64,000 nucleotides of DNA from the human T2T-CHM13v2.0 reference genome, Homo sapiens. This document shows positions 1 through 14,861 of this stretch, piece by piece. Numbering within the stretch: position 1 is the stretch's first letter; every line of letters starts with the position of its first letter. Under the pieces are notes generated by a model, which made no database searches, was not told where the DNA came from, and was given only the letters and a program-made list of their open reading frames with translations. Location of the stretch: assembly GCF_009914755.1 (NCBI RefSeq), contig NC_060932.1. One strand, 5' to 3'. A program made the translations under genes and the position numbers.

Positions 1-729
1 CTGATCTCTTATAAGGATAAAATAAACCAATATTATTAAAGTTAACAGTATCTGCCATATAATATGAATTATATAGGCTTCTAAAATATCTTTTGACACA
101 GTATTTGGGCTTATGGAAACTTTGAGTAAATAACCAGAGATGGGAAAAAGGATTTAGGCATAAGAAGGAAAAATTAAATCCATCTTAAAGTAAAACAAGA
201 TAGAAATGGTTAAATTCATTAGAGTATATTCATATTAGAGTGTATTATACAGCCATGAAAAATTAGATTTTCAAAGAATATGGTAATGGAGAAGTTCTTA
301 GATACAATGTTATGTTTTAACGAGAGTATCCAAAGTTGCCTATAGGCATTATAATCCTAATGCTCTTAGAAGGCACATAGAAAAGTGCTAAAAGAAAATA
401 TCAAAATATTAATGGTGATCATCTCAGGGTACTAAATTAGGAATAATTTTATATTTTATTTTTTATCTTTTCCATAGTTTCAAAATTTGCCACAAACATG
501 TACATTATTCTTACATTTAGAAAAAAGAAGGAAAAATATATATTAAAGAAGTATACAGAGAAAAGTGGTGATCAATGAATTTTATTTCCTTTAATAAATT
601 TTAATTTTTTTCTGAGTTTCTGAGTAAACAGAATGGGAATCTCAAATACATCCAAAGAGTAACAACTTTCAAATAAAAAAAATTTTAAAGTCTAATTATT
701 AGAGAGTATCCTTTAATAAACAGCATTAA

Positions 730-846
730 ATACATGTGTATACATGTGTATATGTAAATACATACACACAGAGGGGTATATATTTTTAAGGGGGAATATA
801 TATATATATGTGTGTATATATATGTGTATATATATATATGTATATA
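730..846. repeat. (TA)n/(TATGTG)n low-complexity simple repeat
   Basis: tacatgtgtatacatgtgta... and tatatatatgtgtgtatata arrays visible. Confidence 0.85.
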
Positions 847-2479
847 ATTAAGAAGCTTAAATGAATCATGCTCTGGCCAGGGGGTGATGAAGCAAAAACT
901 GATGAGTTTTGGATAAATTCAGCAATAACTCAAGTCAGTAGACTGGTAGGACTCAAAGCCAAGTTTCAGGGAAGAAAAAACCAAAAACTAGAGACATGAT
1001 CTTGGGAGCTGGTAATTTACAAAGGCTAAATATTATTGCAAATCTGACAAATGACAGAACTGAAACTCACTCCATCATCTGCCAGCTAAGTGACAGAATC
1101 CCCATGCAGGCCTAGGGGGTTGCTTATTCCACCCAATAGCCTCCCTTTCCTGGAGATGTGAGTTATGAGCTCAAATCCCTAAGTTTCTTAATGAAAATTG
1201 TACCTTCAAATGCTTTCAAATTTTTTCTTCTTTCATTTCCTAGCTTGGAGGAAAATAAAGTATGTCTTCATAGTGGGTGTCCAAGGAATATTTATGGCCT
1301 AGGCAATTGCTACCTGGATTTTCTTAAAATAATATGAAAGGAAAATAAAAGATGCTCTGAACACTTGTAAACCTGCCCACTGAATCAAAGAATACCTAGA
1401 AGCACTTGGTGGCTAACATAATAATTACCGGTTGTAATGGCTGAGGTGTATTTCTTTCTCATTTTTATAGAAGCTGTGTGCCTGTAGTCCAAGAACTAGA
1501 GAACGTTACATAGGAAAATCTTAAGGTTAAAGACACATCCTTTTTATAGGAAATAGGCATGAGATAAATGCTCACCCACTTTAAAGAAGAAATCGATAAT
1601 TGTAATTCACTTGAAAGAAAGCAGTCTTAATTTATAAGCTTTAAAAGAAACTGTCTTTACTATACTGCAGAGTATTCTAAGTGTGTATCATAGCTAATAT
1701 TTTATGCATACATTTTTCAGTTGAAGGCATTTGCTATAATTCAGCTTTAACAAACTCTGTTCTCAGCTGTATCTCAGAGTATGACATATATCCATTGTCC
1801 AGCTATAAATCTGTAGTTGTTATTATACTTTTATGAATCTGATTCATGCAGGAAGCATTATCCCTGCAACTTTAATTAAGGAGTTAGGAATTTTCCTGTT
1901 TGAATTCCTGGCATTCTGCACACTTTATTGCATCTTTGCTCGTGAGCCTCAAATGAGATATTTGGATTACAGATCCTTAGAAGAATAAAATCCATAAGCT
2001 CTAAATCAGGAATGGGTAAGTGGATTTGATCCAGCTTTAGAACTGACTTTGATGGTTCAAATTGCATTGAGTCTCTTAGGATTAGGTCAATCATTAATAT
2101 CTAAATTTTTAAAGCCATAATTATAGGCATTTATTGGTATCAGGATATTAAAATGCAGACTTTTGTTGTTTGGCTTCTTATTTCTGGAAAGCACGCCAGT
2201 CTCTTACTTGGGCTTGACTAAAGCCAAGATTCTGTTGGACTCAAGATCAATATGACAAAAATCAGATACAGGGCAGAGGGAATGGCCTGTTACATTAGAC
2301 ACTGTTACTTTTAATATAATGAGCTTGGAATATATCTTTGCGCATATGTGCAGGTGATTTTACACAATTACACGTTTCTATACCATTATAGCTCTAGGTT
2401 GGCTGCCTCATTAGACATCTTGCATTACCATCTCATTCCTGATTTCCTGTTCTAATGCTACAAATACAAACAATGTAAT

Positions 2480-2727
2480 AATAATACCAGCTCCTAAATA
2501 CCAGCCCTGGTCTAAGAGTTTTGTATGTTAACCCATTGAATGCTTCTAACAAACCAATGAGGTCATTACTATGATTATCCCCATTTTATAAATAAGAAAA
2601 CTGGGAAAATGAGAGGTTAAGTAACTTTCTCAAGACCACAGAAGCAGAAGATGGCAGAACTACAAATCTATGCTCAGGCAGGTCTGGCTCCAGTTTTCAC
2701 ACTCTTAAGCACAATGCTACACTGCCT
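2480..2727 (-). mobile_element. MIR SINE
   Basis: Core attatccccattttataaataagaaaactggg...gagaggttaagtaactttctcaagaccaca matches the reverse complement of the MIR core. Confidence 0.85.
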
Positions 2728-2944
2728 GTACTAATAGAACTGGCAGTACATATTTATTGAGCATCTTTGAACAGCACTTCCCTGTCCTATCAGGAACATG
2801 TTTGAGACTGTGATGTTGACCCTAAGGAGCTTGCAGTCTGGTCATGAGACAAGAAGTGCACACAGGAAAAACTTACGAATAAATACATGCCGTGTTATTA
2901 ACATTTATTGAATAATTGGTCTGTTCCTTCTACCATACTATTAA

Positions 2945-3112
2945 CTAAATGCATGTAACCATCTGTAAGGAGTCAACGGTTTTTTTCTATGTTTCACAAG
3001 AGAAGAAACTAGAGATAAGTAACTCAAGTCCCACAGCTAGTAAGTAGCAGAGATGAGGTTGGACCTAGGCAGCTTGAATCCAGAGCCCTTGTTCTTAATC
3101 ACTGTATTATCC
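2945..3112 (-). mobile_element. MIR SINE fragment
   Basis: aagtaactcaagtcccacagctagtaagtagcagagatgaggttggacctaggcagcttgaatccagagccc. Confidence 0.8.
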
Positions 3113-3329
3113 TGGATGTGAACAAGTCTTCAAATGCATGTGGCAAGTAGCTGAAAAGCACTATAAGAGCTTCGCAAGAGTAGGAAGGGTGAAGAATCCA
3201 GTTAATCAATTACTTAGCTAATTAATTAATTCAATATTTATTGGTTATCTTCATTGTCTCCAGCTAAAACAGTTGGCTCTGAAATGTTGTTGGCTCTTTA
3301 AACTTAAGTATGGTCTGTTTTGTTTCCAG

Positions 3330-3760
3330 AGCCCTGCACATTGCCTGCCAAGAATATCCCCTGTGCTCTGCCTTCCCTGGCACCATCCCACTCACTAACT
3401 TTACCACCTCTATTAGCAACATTGTATGGCTAATTCCCATTCACCTTTCTGGTCTCAGCTTGGATCCTAAAGCCTCTGTAAAGACTTTTTGCCCCTCCAA
3501 GAGATGAATGGGTGCACTCACATGTAATCCCGCTCCATCGTAGCACCTACTATACTGTGTCATGATTGCAGGTTTCCTTTTCCATCCACCTACTTCATGC
3601 CCTGCTCTGCCATATCTGTCCCTGAACCAGCACTCCCTAACCCACCCCAACAAGTCTCTGAGCTTGAGTATTGGAACTGGGTCTTACTTCTGTTGAATTG
3701 CAAGCTTCTAACGCAAAGCCCAACATATAACTGTTGTACAGATATGTTTTGGTTGAATGA
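3330..3760 (+). mobile_element. L2 LINE 3' fragment
   Basis: Degenerate L2 3' end ending gatatgttttggttgaatga. Confidence 0.6.
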
Positions 3761-3764
3761 CTTA

Positions 3765-4000
3765 GTTCTATGTGCCAGGCACTGTGCATTAAAACACTTA
3801 GTATGTGGCAGGCATTGGCAACACATCAATTTCCAAAATCTCATTGAACTCTGATAATAATCCTCTGAGGTATATTATTATTTCTATTTTACAGGCAAGA
3901 AAATTGAGAATTAAGGGCATTAAATAATATCCTCAAGGTCATATAGTGAGGAGTTGAAATTAGAAATTATGTCTGTCTGACCCTAATCCTCTGCTCCATA
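3765..4000 (-). mobile_element. MIR SINE
   Basis: tatgtgccaggcactgtgc...tattttacaggcaagaaaattgagaattaag...aaggtcatatag. Confidence 0.75.
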
Positions 4001-4689
4001 TGAATCAATCATTGCAATATAGTTTCTTAAAGTCATAATGAAGTTATAATAAGGCATACAGATGATGTAAAGGAATCAGAAATTATCTTCTCATGATTCG
4101 TGGGGGTGGACAGCAGGATCTTTGCAGGGAGGTGATCCTGAAGAATAAACCTGATACACAGAGAGGGATCAGCACATTCAAGTGTCATGAGCTGTAAAAT
4201 GTCCTGGCCTCTTTCTTCAGGGAGTGGTGTGGATTATTCTGTAACTGGAACACAGAGTGCAGGGGAGAAGCAGCCGAGGTGCTTGGAATGGAGTATCAAG
4301 GGTACAAGAGCCAATCTAATGCAAGGGGGGGATCTGGCAGGAGTAGATGAATGACCAAGGGATGTATCTGCCTTAATTCTAAGAAGGCGAGCGTGTGCTC
4401 CCAGGGGAAGAGTGGCATTATCAAACTCTGGAAGGCATGCTAAGTTCAGAGTGAAGTCAGGTGGTGAATCAGTTGACAAATAGAGGAAAATAATTTTCCC
4501 TCCATAATGCATAAGAAACAAGAGTCCAAAGCCTTTCACTTTGTCAGCAACTCTTCGAATCACATACTATAGACAGTTGAGTGGAGACTGGAAGGAGTGG
4601 AAGAGTAATTACTGAATACATCGGACATCCCCTCTATTCCTTCTCATTCTCCTCCTGTAACACATGCTACTTTATCTACTGTTAGTATT

Positions 4690-4895
4690 ATGTATGTGCT
4701 AGACACCACACTACACACATACTTTTGTTTATTTTCCTCGATCCTTCCATTGTGGAGAGTATTAGTACTCCCACTTTCTGGATAGGAGAATGACCGATCA
4801 AAGAGGCTAAGTGACTGGTCAAGTCTCGTAGCTAATTACTAACAGCCCAGATTAACCCCATGTGTATATGACATCAAAGTCTATCATCTTAACTG
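4690..4895 (-). mobile_element. MIR SINE
   Basis: cccactttctggataggagaatgaccgatcaaagaggctaagtgactggtcaag core. Confidence 0.65.
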
Positions 4896-5659
4896 ATTTT
4901 ATGTAGATTAAATAATACCAAATATTCAGTGCCTCCTCGGAGTCAAACACTTTATCTACCCGACACATAACAAATATGATAAGATATTTGCTCTGTCCCT
5001 AATCTTTTAGTTCATTAATTCTTAAAAAGTAAAGATTTGTCTAAAATTCACGTGCTATTTTCTCTGGAGCAATTTCTTCCCTGTTTTCCTCTACCTCATT
5101 TTCTAATTCCACATTTAGAAAGCATGGGATATTTTGATTATTTGCTGAGATATTAGAAATTCTCTTTTAGAATCTTGTATTTGCTTTTGAAGTCCACAGT
5201 TGGAGCCTAAGAGAACAACTTCATGAAAGAGCTTTAAAAATTAATATGTGGTGTCAGTTGCACTCTCGGTCCCCTTTTAATGAGAAAGGGACAGGTTATT
5301 GTGCTATTACACAGTACAGCTTATTCCTGGAAGCCATCTTAAGCTGTTCAGGATAATGTATCTCTACACTGCATCAGTCTCTTTGTTCCATAGATGCTGT
5401 TTTTTAAAGAATGTTATGAACAGCAAATGGCTCCTTAGAACATTGTAATCACTCAATCTGGATTTTCCAGCATTCTTGGTATAAGGAAGGATAAAATGCC
5501 CATGAGGCAGTGCCAATTTTTAAAGGATGGTTAACTCCAGATTTCACACTCTTGGGGCATTGTGAATGCCTGGATCAAGGTCTGATATGTTCCAGCTAAT
5601 GTGCTAGAATAAATAAATACTTAGACTTCCATTAGAAGGAAGACTGGGAACAAAAGAGT

Positions 5660-6710
5660 ACATCATTCATTCATTTAGCCAATCAACAAATATATAAGGA
5701 GTGCCTATTCTATATTGAGCACTGTTGAAGGTGCTGAGGATACAAAATTGTTACCCTCAAGGTGCTTACATTATCCAAGAGAAGACAGATAATAAACCAA
5801 AAATATATTAGATTATATCAGAAAAATAAATCAAGATAAGGAATGATACGAGTGAGACACTATTTTATAGAATGAGCAGGAAAAGGCCTCTCTAAGTTAC
5901 ATCTCAGCTGAGATATTAAGGAAATGATTGATCAAGACAGGCAAATGTCAGGGGAAGAGTGTTTCCAGCAATCATGGCAAAGTTCCTGAAGTAGGAGTGC
6001 TTTTAGGGAACAGCATGGATGCCCCTGTGGCTGGAACAGAGAGAGTAAGGGAGAATGACAGGAGATGTCATCAGGAAGATGCAGGGGAGAGGCAGGGAAA
6101 GTTTGGGTCAAAGGCCATCAAGCCTCATATAAGCCCTTGGTAAAGAATTTAAATATTATACTGTGTGAATTGGAAAACCACTGCAGAAGGTTGAGCTGAG
6201 GAGTGACATGATCTGACTCACCTTTTTCAAACATCTATCTGCTCAGCATAGAATCAATGTAGGGGCAGATGTGAAAGCAGGGCAGCCATAGATCGAAGAC
6301 TGTGTTCATCTGGGCAAGACATGCTGCTGCTTGGACCAGGGTTATAGGGGTAGAGATGGCCAGTGGTGGTTTCATTTTACATATTTAGAAAGAAGAGCTG
6401 TTAGAATGTGCTAAGAGGTTGGATGTGAAAGGGAGTAATCCAGATTTCTTTTAACTGTATACCTGGAAGAATGGAAGTGTTATTTAGTGAGACAGGAAAG
6501 ATTTCAGGAGAAACAGATGGAGAGTAGGGGAGCATTATCTCAGGTTTGGATATCAGTGTGAGATATGTGGTGGACATCTGTGTGGAGTTGTAGAGGAGGC
6601 ACTTCTGTAGTGAGTCTGGAGGTCAGCAAGAGGTCTGCGCTGAAGATTTGAATTTGGGATTCATGAGTCTGTAGTTAATCCATGAGACTAGATAAAACCA
6701 TCTAGGTCAG
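5660..6710 (-). mobile_element. L2 (L2a-like) LINE, ~1 kb 3' portion
   Basis: Starts with cattcattcattt..caacaaatatat (reverse complement of L2 tail), followed by typical L2 text such as gaggagtgacatgatctgactcac. Confidence 0.85.
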
Positions 6711-7816
6711 TGTTGGTAGAACACAAGTTCTTGACCTGTCTCTTCAAGGGGTTCAGTTATATTATCAACCTGGTATAAAACCCCCAACATGTTTTGTTTT
6801 CATTCCATCCCTTCCGAGGGTGCAAAGTTTCTATGCTTTTCCTAAAACAATTTAAAGTTAAGTGCCACTCAAGCTAACTACAAATCTTTTTTCTGAAATT
6901 CTAAGAGCTTTAATAGAGAACAGCAAAGCGGATGGTAGACTCTGCAGAAACAAAACAATTCTGAGCGGCTTTCTTGCTTTACCTGTGATAAAATGAATCG
7001 GTATGGCCCAACCACATGGGGGCGCATTCAGAATGCCCATTTCTCCTAAATATCTACCAGCATCACAAGTGTGTTCCTGGATTCTTATCAGTCGTAATGG
7101 TAGCTACTGATCAAGGCCCCAGAGCCATATTGACTTTTGTAAAGGACTTTATACTGAATGTTTATTTAGTAAAGTAGAGGCTTGAAAGGAGAGCTATGGA
7201 TACCCCATACTAGGGGAGGCAAGTAAGAGAATGCATAGTGAACCACACGTCTGAAAGTGAATGGTGAACACATGTATATTCCACTGTAACTTTTATTCAT
7301 GAAGAAAAGATGTCATAGTAATTGTGAAAGGGAACAAATAAACTGTTTCTACACGAAGTCTCCAAAATAGAATCTGTTGAGATGTGGATGAGACTTGGAG
7401 TATTTGATTCAATAGGATGGAAGGACAAAGCGGAGATATATTCTACTAGGCTGCAGCAGGTCCATGTAGTGCAAAGTGCTTTCCAGAGGTGGGAGAAGGT
7501 CTAGCCAGGCAGGTATATTAAGGGCATGTGGACAAATAATGGTAGATGGTCATGCAGTTGAAGGATGACATAGGTTACAGTGGTGCATTGACTGCAGCAA
7601 AGCCTGGTAAAGGAGGCACCAGAAGCACAAAACTCACCGAAGTTGAAACTGGGAGTTCTAGCTTGGAAGTAATTAGCCACAAGCCTAGGTCAGAGCCAGG
7701 ACTCCAGTTTTAGGACATAAGGAATGGAAACCCAGGGCTATCGGAACAAAGCCAGGAAGGTAATTTGATCTTACATTTATGTAGACCCTTAAGTTTAGAA
7801 TTTTTGCTTTATCTCT

Positions 7817-8309
7817 TGTATCAGTCAGAGTTGTATCAGGAGATAAATGCCATTGTCAAATTGAGTAATTTTTGGAGAGCCTAAGGAAGGGACTATTATT
7901 AAGGTGTTGACCATATATAGAGATACTGCAAGGGATAGTGCATTTCCCTGGAGGTAGAACAGTGGGGGAGCTGTTACCATCCACAGATGTGAAGAGTTGC
8001 AGGGGAGAGCTATAAGCAAAACTTGGAGACAGAAGCTGTGTGGAGAAGAAACCCTGTATGAGCTCTGAGTGTAGGTTGAGAGAGGCAGACAGCCCATGGT
8101 GACCCAGCTAGGTTAGAGCTAGGGGCATATATTTCTGACCCAATCTCACTAGCCCCCAACCTCTTGCTACTGTTCTGCACTGGCAAACTCAACAGGAAGC
8201 CATGGGCAAGGGAGCATGGTGAGCTGTTTCTACAAGTCAGCCTCAGCACAGAGCAGGGTAGAGGGGTGATGAGTGGATTTGCAGGGACTAAGGAACATCA
8301 TCCAGTACA
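7817..8309 (-). mobile_element. ERVL solo LTR (LTR33-like)
   Basis: TG...CA termini (tgtatcagtcag...catccagtaca), flanks tctct/tctcc resemble a 5-bp TSD, internal LTR33-like motifs. Confidence 0.75.
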
Positions 8310-9928
8310 TCTCCCGATGAGAATACATGCATAGAAAATACATGAGCAGATGAAAAAAATTTAAAGAGAGAACACAAACAAGCATAGGTGATCAGAGTGT
8401 AGAGTCACTGGTTGTATCATTTTATATCGGAGTCCCATTCCTGCTACATTTCTTGTAATGCATTTTGAATTTATTTTAGAAATTAATTCTATAATTTTCT
8501 TGTGACTAACACAATCATATTGTGTTGAACTTTTTGCATGTTAAAAACATCTTTCTACACCAAGTCTCCAAAATAGAATCTATTGAATAAAAAACAGTTT
8601 ATTCAAAGTAAACATTTAAAGAATATCACAATTTAAAAACTCTTTTGGAATTGCGTGTGTGCACCATTTTTTAAACATCTGAGAGACTTCACCTCTACCA
8701 AGCACAAGGACAAAGTTGTGTTCCAGCTTCAGAGAGATTGGCTTCCCAGTCATGCATCCAAGCAGACAATCAGGTGCAGAAGAATGAGACAGGAATCATT
8801 TGTCAGCACGGAGATGAAAGATGGGCGTCTTGATTGAAAGACTGAACATCAAAAGTAGGGCAAAAGACCAAACACAGGCCAGAGTTGAGCAGACTCCATA
8901 GTTGTTATTGAGTTCTAAATTGGGATTCTCTCAGTGTTCTCTGATGAAGGATCAATTAGTCATAGAACCTAGAGAATAGAGCTGAGTTTCGATGAGGGGA
9001 CCAGGCAGCCCCAGGTACTGATGAGAGACAGAATATGAATGCAGGGAACCAAGCAAGTGGTGGCAAAAGCATTTGACAATCACAACCATTTTTCCAAAAG
9101 TAGCTGCTTCTAGTTGTGTGCCCACCTGGGTATATGATGCTAACCTGGGGAGGAGAATCAGATTTTTCTTAATGGCATGCTAATTTATTTGGCCTGACAC
9201 CAAAATTGTACCTTCTAGAACAATTAATTAAGTCACACATTGGGTGAGGCTGATAGAAACTAGAAATTTTATTTCGAAGCTGAGTTATCTCATATAGTGG
9301 TTTCTAGAAGTTTCAAATAATCTTGAACATGTGAAGTCTGAATCCTAATGCCATCTGTGATGTTTTAAAATTTTAGTCATAGCATTTAAATGAAAGTAAC
9401 TGTGATTTTAAAATAGTGATCATAGATGGTAGGTATACAGCAGATATTGTGAATTTTTTCATAGGTATTATTGCATGATACTAGCAGGCAGTAGCAAAAT
9501 AAATTATCTTTTTTTTCCTGTATTTGTACCATGTGGTTATTACCTTGATTTTGAATAGTTTGAAAAATGATTAATTTTGCCAGAATTAATTTGGAGGCTT
9601 TTCTATACCAATAATTAATATAGCTATTGAGATTATAACACTAAATAATTATCAATAATAATTTAATTTTATACTAAAATACTATAAAATTTAAAATATC
9701 CCTCAGAACACATTTACATAATGAGAAATGTAATGCTCTCAGTTTAAGTAAAATTTGTTCAGAATGCTGAATTTTGTTATTTTGTATGAACTTTTAGATG
9801 ATGAAATGCATAGGCTGTTTCTGCCCTGAGAAATGAAAGGACAAATTTAAAGAATTATAATTTAGGAATGTAATTTTTTTTTTTTTTTTTTACAATAGCC
9901 AGATAATTGAGGTCAAAGGGAAGTTCTA

Positions 9929-10222
9929 TTTTTTTTTTTTTTTTTTTTTGAGATAGAGCCTTACTCTGTCACCCAGGCTGGAGTGCAGTGGTGCTATCTC
10001 AGCCTCCTGGGTTCAAAGGATTCTTCTGCCTCAGCCTCCTGAGTAACTGAGACCACAGGCGCGCACTACCACACACGCTCAGCTAATTTTTGTATTTATT
10101 TACTTATTTATTATTTTTAGTAGAGACAGGGTTTTACCATGTTGGCCAGGTGGCCTCAAGTGATCCACCTACCTCAGCCTCCCACGGTGTTGGGATTACA
10201 GGCATGAGCCATAGTGCTGGAC
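9929..10222 (-). mobile_element. Alu (old S/J type) with two short internal deletions
   Basis: Poly-T tail then both Alu arms; lacks the ctcactgcaacctcc and ctggtctcgaactcc segments. Confidence 0.95.
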
Positions 10223-10549
10223 TCAAAGAGAGGTTTGATGGAGAATTATTTGTCTCAGTTTTTAACTGTATTCTATGAATGTACATATATGTCAAAATAT
10301 ACTTCTAATAGTTTACTAAAACTTGTTATTTCTCAACTAACTGTGTGCTTTATTTAGAAAACAAATATATTAACATAAGCAGAAAATAAAAATTATCTAT
10401 AATCACACAATCTAGAGAAAACAAGCATGTAACTATATTGTACTCTATTTTTTAATGTGAATTATCAAAAAGTGACCATATTTGTACAGATTTTCAAAAG
10501 TCATGACTATATATAGAAAAATATGACCATATTTGTACATATTTAATTA

Positions 10550-10845
<296 letters not shown>

Positions 10846-10879
10846 TAGGTACATATTTTTAATAAAAAATATTTTTACA

Positions 10880-11238
<359 letters not shown>

Positions 11239-12553
11239 TTAAAAGTTTTTATTTTAGATTGATTCTGAGTTCTGATATTTCAAATGATTTATTTAAACTA
11301 AATACCTTGTTTTTCAATAAGCCCCAATTAACTGTAGTTAATCACATAAAATTGTAGGATCTCAGGGTAGAAAAAACTTAAAAAGAAGTAAGCCAATTGA
11401 GCTCTAGTTCTGATGCCAGATGTCTTCTTCAATATTCTTGCTGTGGTTATGAAGCCTGGGGTTGATTGCCTTAATGAGAGGCTCACTTCCTTTTGGAGGA
11501 TGTCCATCTTGAAATAATTTTTGCTACTAGAAAATATTTCCTTATGTTGTTCTACAATTTATCTTTATACAGTCTCTCACCTTCAGAAACATCAGAGAAG
11601 GTCTAGTCCCTCTTCTGCAAGGACAGCAGCCCAACCACCAAAGTAAACACAGCAGCAGATTTCCCCTATCCTCTCAGCTTCTTTCTCTGTGTTTCCTCCT
11701 CTTTAGCATCAATGCCAAACGTTCCCTAAGGCCGTCTTTGTTTCAAAGTTTCAAAATATCTGATCAACTGTGTTAGAAACAACGGACCAAGTTATTATTC
11801 CATTCTTATAGAAACTATCAGTTTTGTGTAGGAGTATCATTTAAATTAGATTCAAATTTGTCATGATAAGTAATTGCAATATTTATTCTTTCTAGAGAGA
11901 CAAAGTTCAATGAATTGCTGCATTGAAATCGGGCAATGTAGTTTGCAATATTTTTCTTTCAGTGATGTTTTATGGGGCTATTAAACCTAATACTTAATTC
12001 AATAAGTTTTATTTTAAGATCTTAGATTCATTTGCTATATTTATGTATCACCAGCCACTGGACAGGGGATAATCCTAAAATTCTTAGCTCCTCTACTATC
12101 CTAATATGTTGATAGTATAATACATAATTTGACAAATTACCTAGTACCAAGATCTGGCTCTTTGAATACACTGCATTTAAAGGCAAAAAGCTCCAAATCT
12201 GCATACTTAATTATACAGCATTATCATTTCTATCCCTAACTCCTTAATCAAAACCATCATTAGCCATGCAAATAATAAAGGAAATTGGATTACAAAGGAA
12301 GTAAAGATTAGTGACTCTAAGATCAGATAGCTGATTTTAGAAAGTCAGGTTGAAATTGGGCTCAGTTTTATAATTCAGATAAACAAGGCAACTACCTTGT
12401 CATAAGCCTTTTCAGTTTTAAAGATAAAGCACTATTTTTGTTTGTTTGATGAGAATTTTACATTAAATCCATGAGTAGCAAAAGATTAAATAATTATGCA
12501 TTTTAACAAGATGACCTATAACATATCAAATCACCTCAAATCATGAACACTGC

Positions 12554-12835
12554 TTTTTTTTTTTTGAGACAGTGTTTCACTCTGTTGCCCAGGCTGGAGT
12601 GCAATGGTGCGATCTCCGCTCACTGCAACCTCTGCCTCTGATTCTTCTGCCTCAACCTCCCGAGTAGATGGGGTTACAGGCATGCACCACCACACCCGGC
12701 TAATTTTTGTATTTTTAGTGGAGATGGGGTTTTGCCATGTTGGCCAGGCTGGTCTTGAATTCCTGATCTCAAGTGACGGCCCGCCTCGGCCTCCCAAAGT
12801 GCTGGGATTACAGGCGTGCGCCACCGTGCCCAGCC
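12554..12835 (-). mobile_element. AluS SINE
   Basis: Full dimer with a short deletion; TSD gaacactgcttttt at 12545 and 12836. Confidence 0.97.
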
Positions 12836-13665
12836 GAACACTGCTTTTTGAGGTGTCACTTGAGAAATTGGTTTTTGGTGGATTCAGTCAGTGCTTTGTC
12901 TTTTCTAGGTCCCAAGATTTTGACTGATTGGTTGTACGACTAGAGTTGCTGGAGTTCAAGTATTTTCATTTTAACTATTCAACTGAAAGCAGTGCGTTAC
13001 AACAGAACACGGGTTCCAAAGAATTTACTGAGAAGAAGCAAAGTAATACTTGGGAGAACTGTAAGTAAAGTTAATTAAAGCTCCTACCAATGCGGATTGG
13101 CAAAATCTTTGGTGTCAGTGTCTACCTTTAAGATAGTCTTCCTTTGTACCCAGGAGGCTGGTTAGATTTACTGGGCCTATGTCTGCATAATGCAAAAAGC
13201 ATCTCTGCTATTTAGATTTCTAGATTGTACATATTAGGTATATAAATATTAATAAAAATTTTCTGCCCTTAAATATTACATGTCACAGTTAATATTCTGC
13301 ATTCTCTGTCTAGATATCTACTTTTCAATATTAGCTGCTAGAACTTTATTAATACATTTGAAGCTTGTTTTTTTCTCTATGTGTGAATTTTATCGGGAAC
13401 ACTATGTTCAAACAACTAAGGAAAAAATATTGGCCATTTATTTTTTGATGGAAGATAGGAATGTAGCGTGTGCTCTACAGTTTTAGCAATATATTATTGA
13501 GATAAATGCAGTCTTAGACACAAAGTGCTTCATTTTGTGTTAAACATAGCAGAGGAATGTTTTACTGTCTCATGGGAGCATCCAGGTTCCCCATAATTGA
13601 AGAGCTAGCACAAGATATCAAGGATCCTGAAAAAGAGCTTCCTGCCTTGGTGGGAGATTCGATGG

Positions 13666-13837
13666 CACTGGCTTGCAATTATACTGCCCATTGGAACCCC
13701 CTTGGGAGCTTAAAAAATACTGAGGTTTGTGTCCTAGCCTGAGGCATTCGATTTAATTGGTCTGAGGTATGGTTTGGGATTGGGATTTTAAAGGTTTGCA
13801 GGTAATTCTAATATGCAGCCACAGTTGAAGACAGCTG
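13666..13837. mobile_element. MER5-family hAT-Charlie MITE
   Basis: gatttaattggtctgagg...ggtaattctaatatgcagccacagttgaagacagctg typical of MER5. Confidence 0.75.
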
Positions 13838-13899
13838 TTCTAAAATCTCATCTAAACCAAAATTAGCAATTTCTTCTAATATGCTTTGATGATTTTTAA

Positions 13900-14470
13900 A
13901 GCTATGTTCTCTAAAGAAACCCCTAGACCTGAAAATTACTCTATGCAAAGAGATTCTGTGGTCCAATAAACTTGAAAAGTGTGACATATCTTATCATCCT
14001 TTTGGAGAAATCTAATTCACCTGGACACATTAAAGATAATGATAGGCCCGGTATGGGATCTCACACCTGTAATTCCAGCATTTTGGGGAGGCTGAAGCAG
14101 GAGGGTTGCTTGATCCTGGGAGTTTGAGACCTGCCTGGGCAATGTAGCAAGACCTTGCCTTTATAAAAAATTAGAAAAAGAATATTAGCCGGGCGTGGTT
14201 GTGCAATCCTCTGGTCCCAGCTACTCAGGAGGCTGAGGTGGAAGGCTTGCTTGAACCCAGGAGGTTGAGGCTGCAGTAAGCCATGATCACACCACTGCAC
14301 TCCAGCCTGAGTGACAGTGACACCCTGTCTCACACACACACATACAAAAGACAATGGTAAAAACATTTCTAACCCAGTATTTCCCAGAATTTTCAATCAG
14401 AGTTTTCATTTTTTATAACAGCTATTATAATAATCCCATAAAATTAGCATTCTTTGGCTCACACATTCGC
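13900..14470. mobile_element. hAT-Charlie DNA transposon relic interrupted by an Alu
   Basis: gattctgtggtccaataaacttg...cacattaaag | tttctaacccagtatttcccagaatt continues across the Alu; exact family uncertain. Confidence 0.55.
14045..14346 (+). mobile_element. AluJ SINE with (CA)n tail
   Basis: J-type gaggctgcagtaagccatgatcacacc; diverged TSD aaagataatgata/aaagacaatggta. Confidence 0.95.
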
Positions 14471-14516
14471 TAGCAGATTTATATTTTGCTGAGTTACTTC
14501 TGATCTCTGTGTTTTA

Positions 14517-14861
<345 letters not shown>

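Noticed and set aside
6940-7050. Minus-strand donor and acceptor pair
   Set aside because: The implied intron is ~41 nt, below the practical human minimum
9874-9892. Isolated poly-T as a retrocopy tail
   Set aside because: Only ~35 bp separate it from the Alu tail; no polyA signal or TSD is evident
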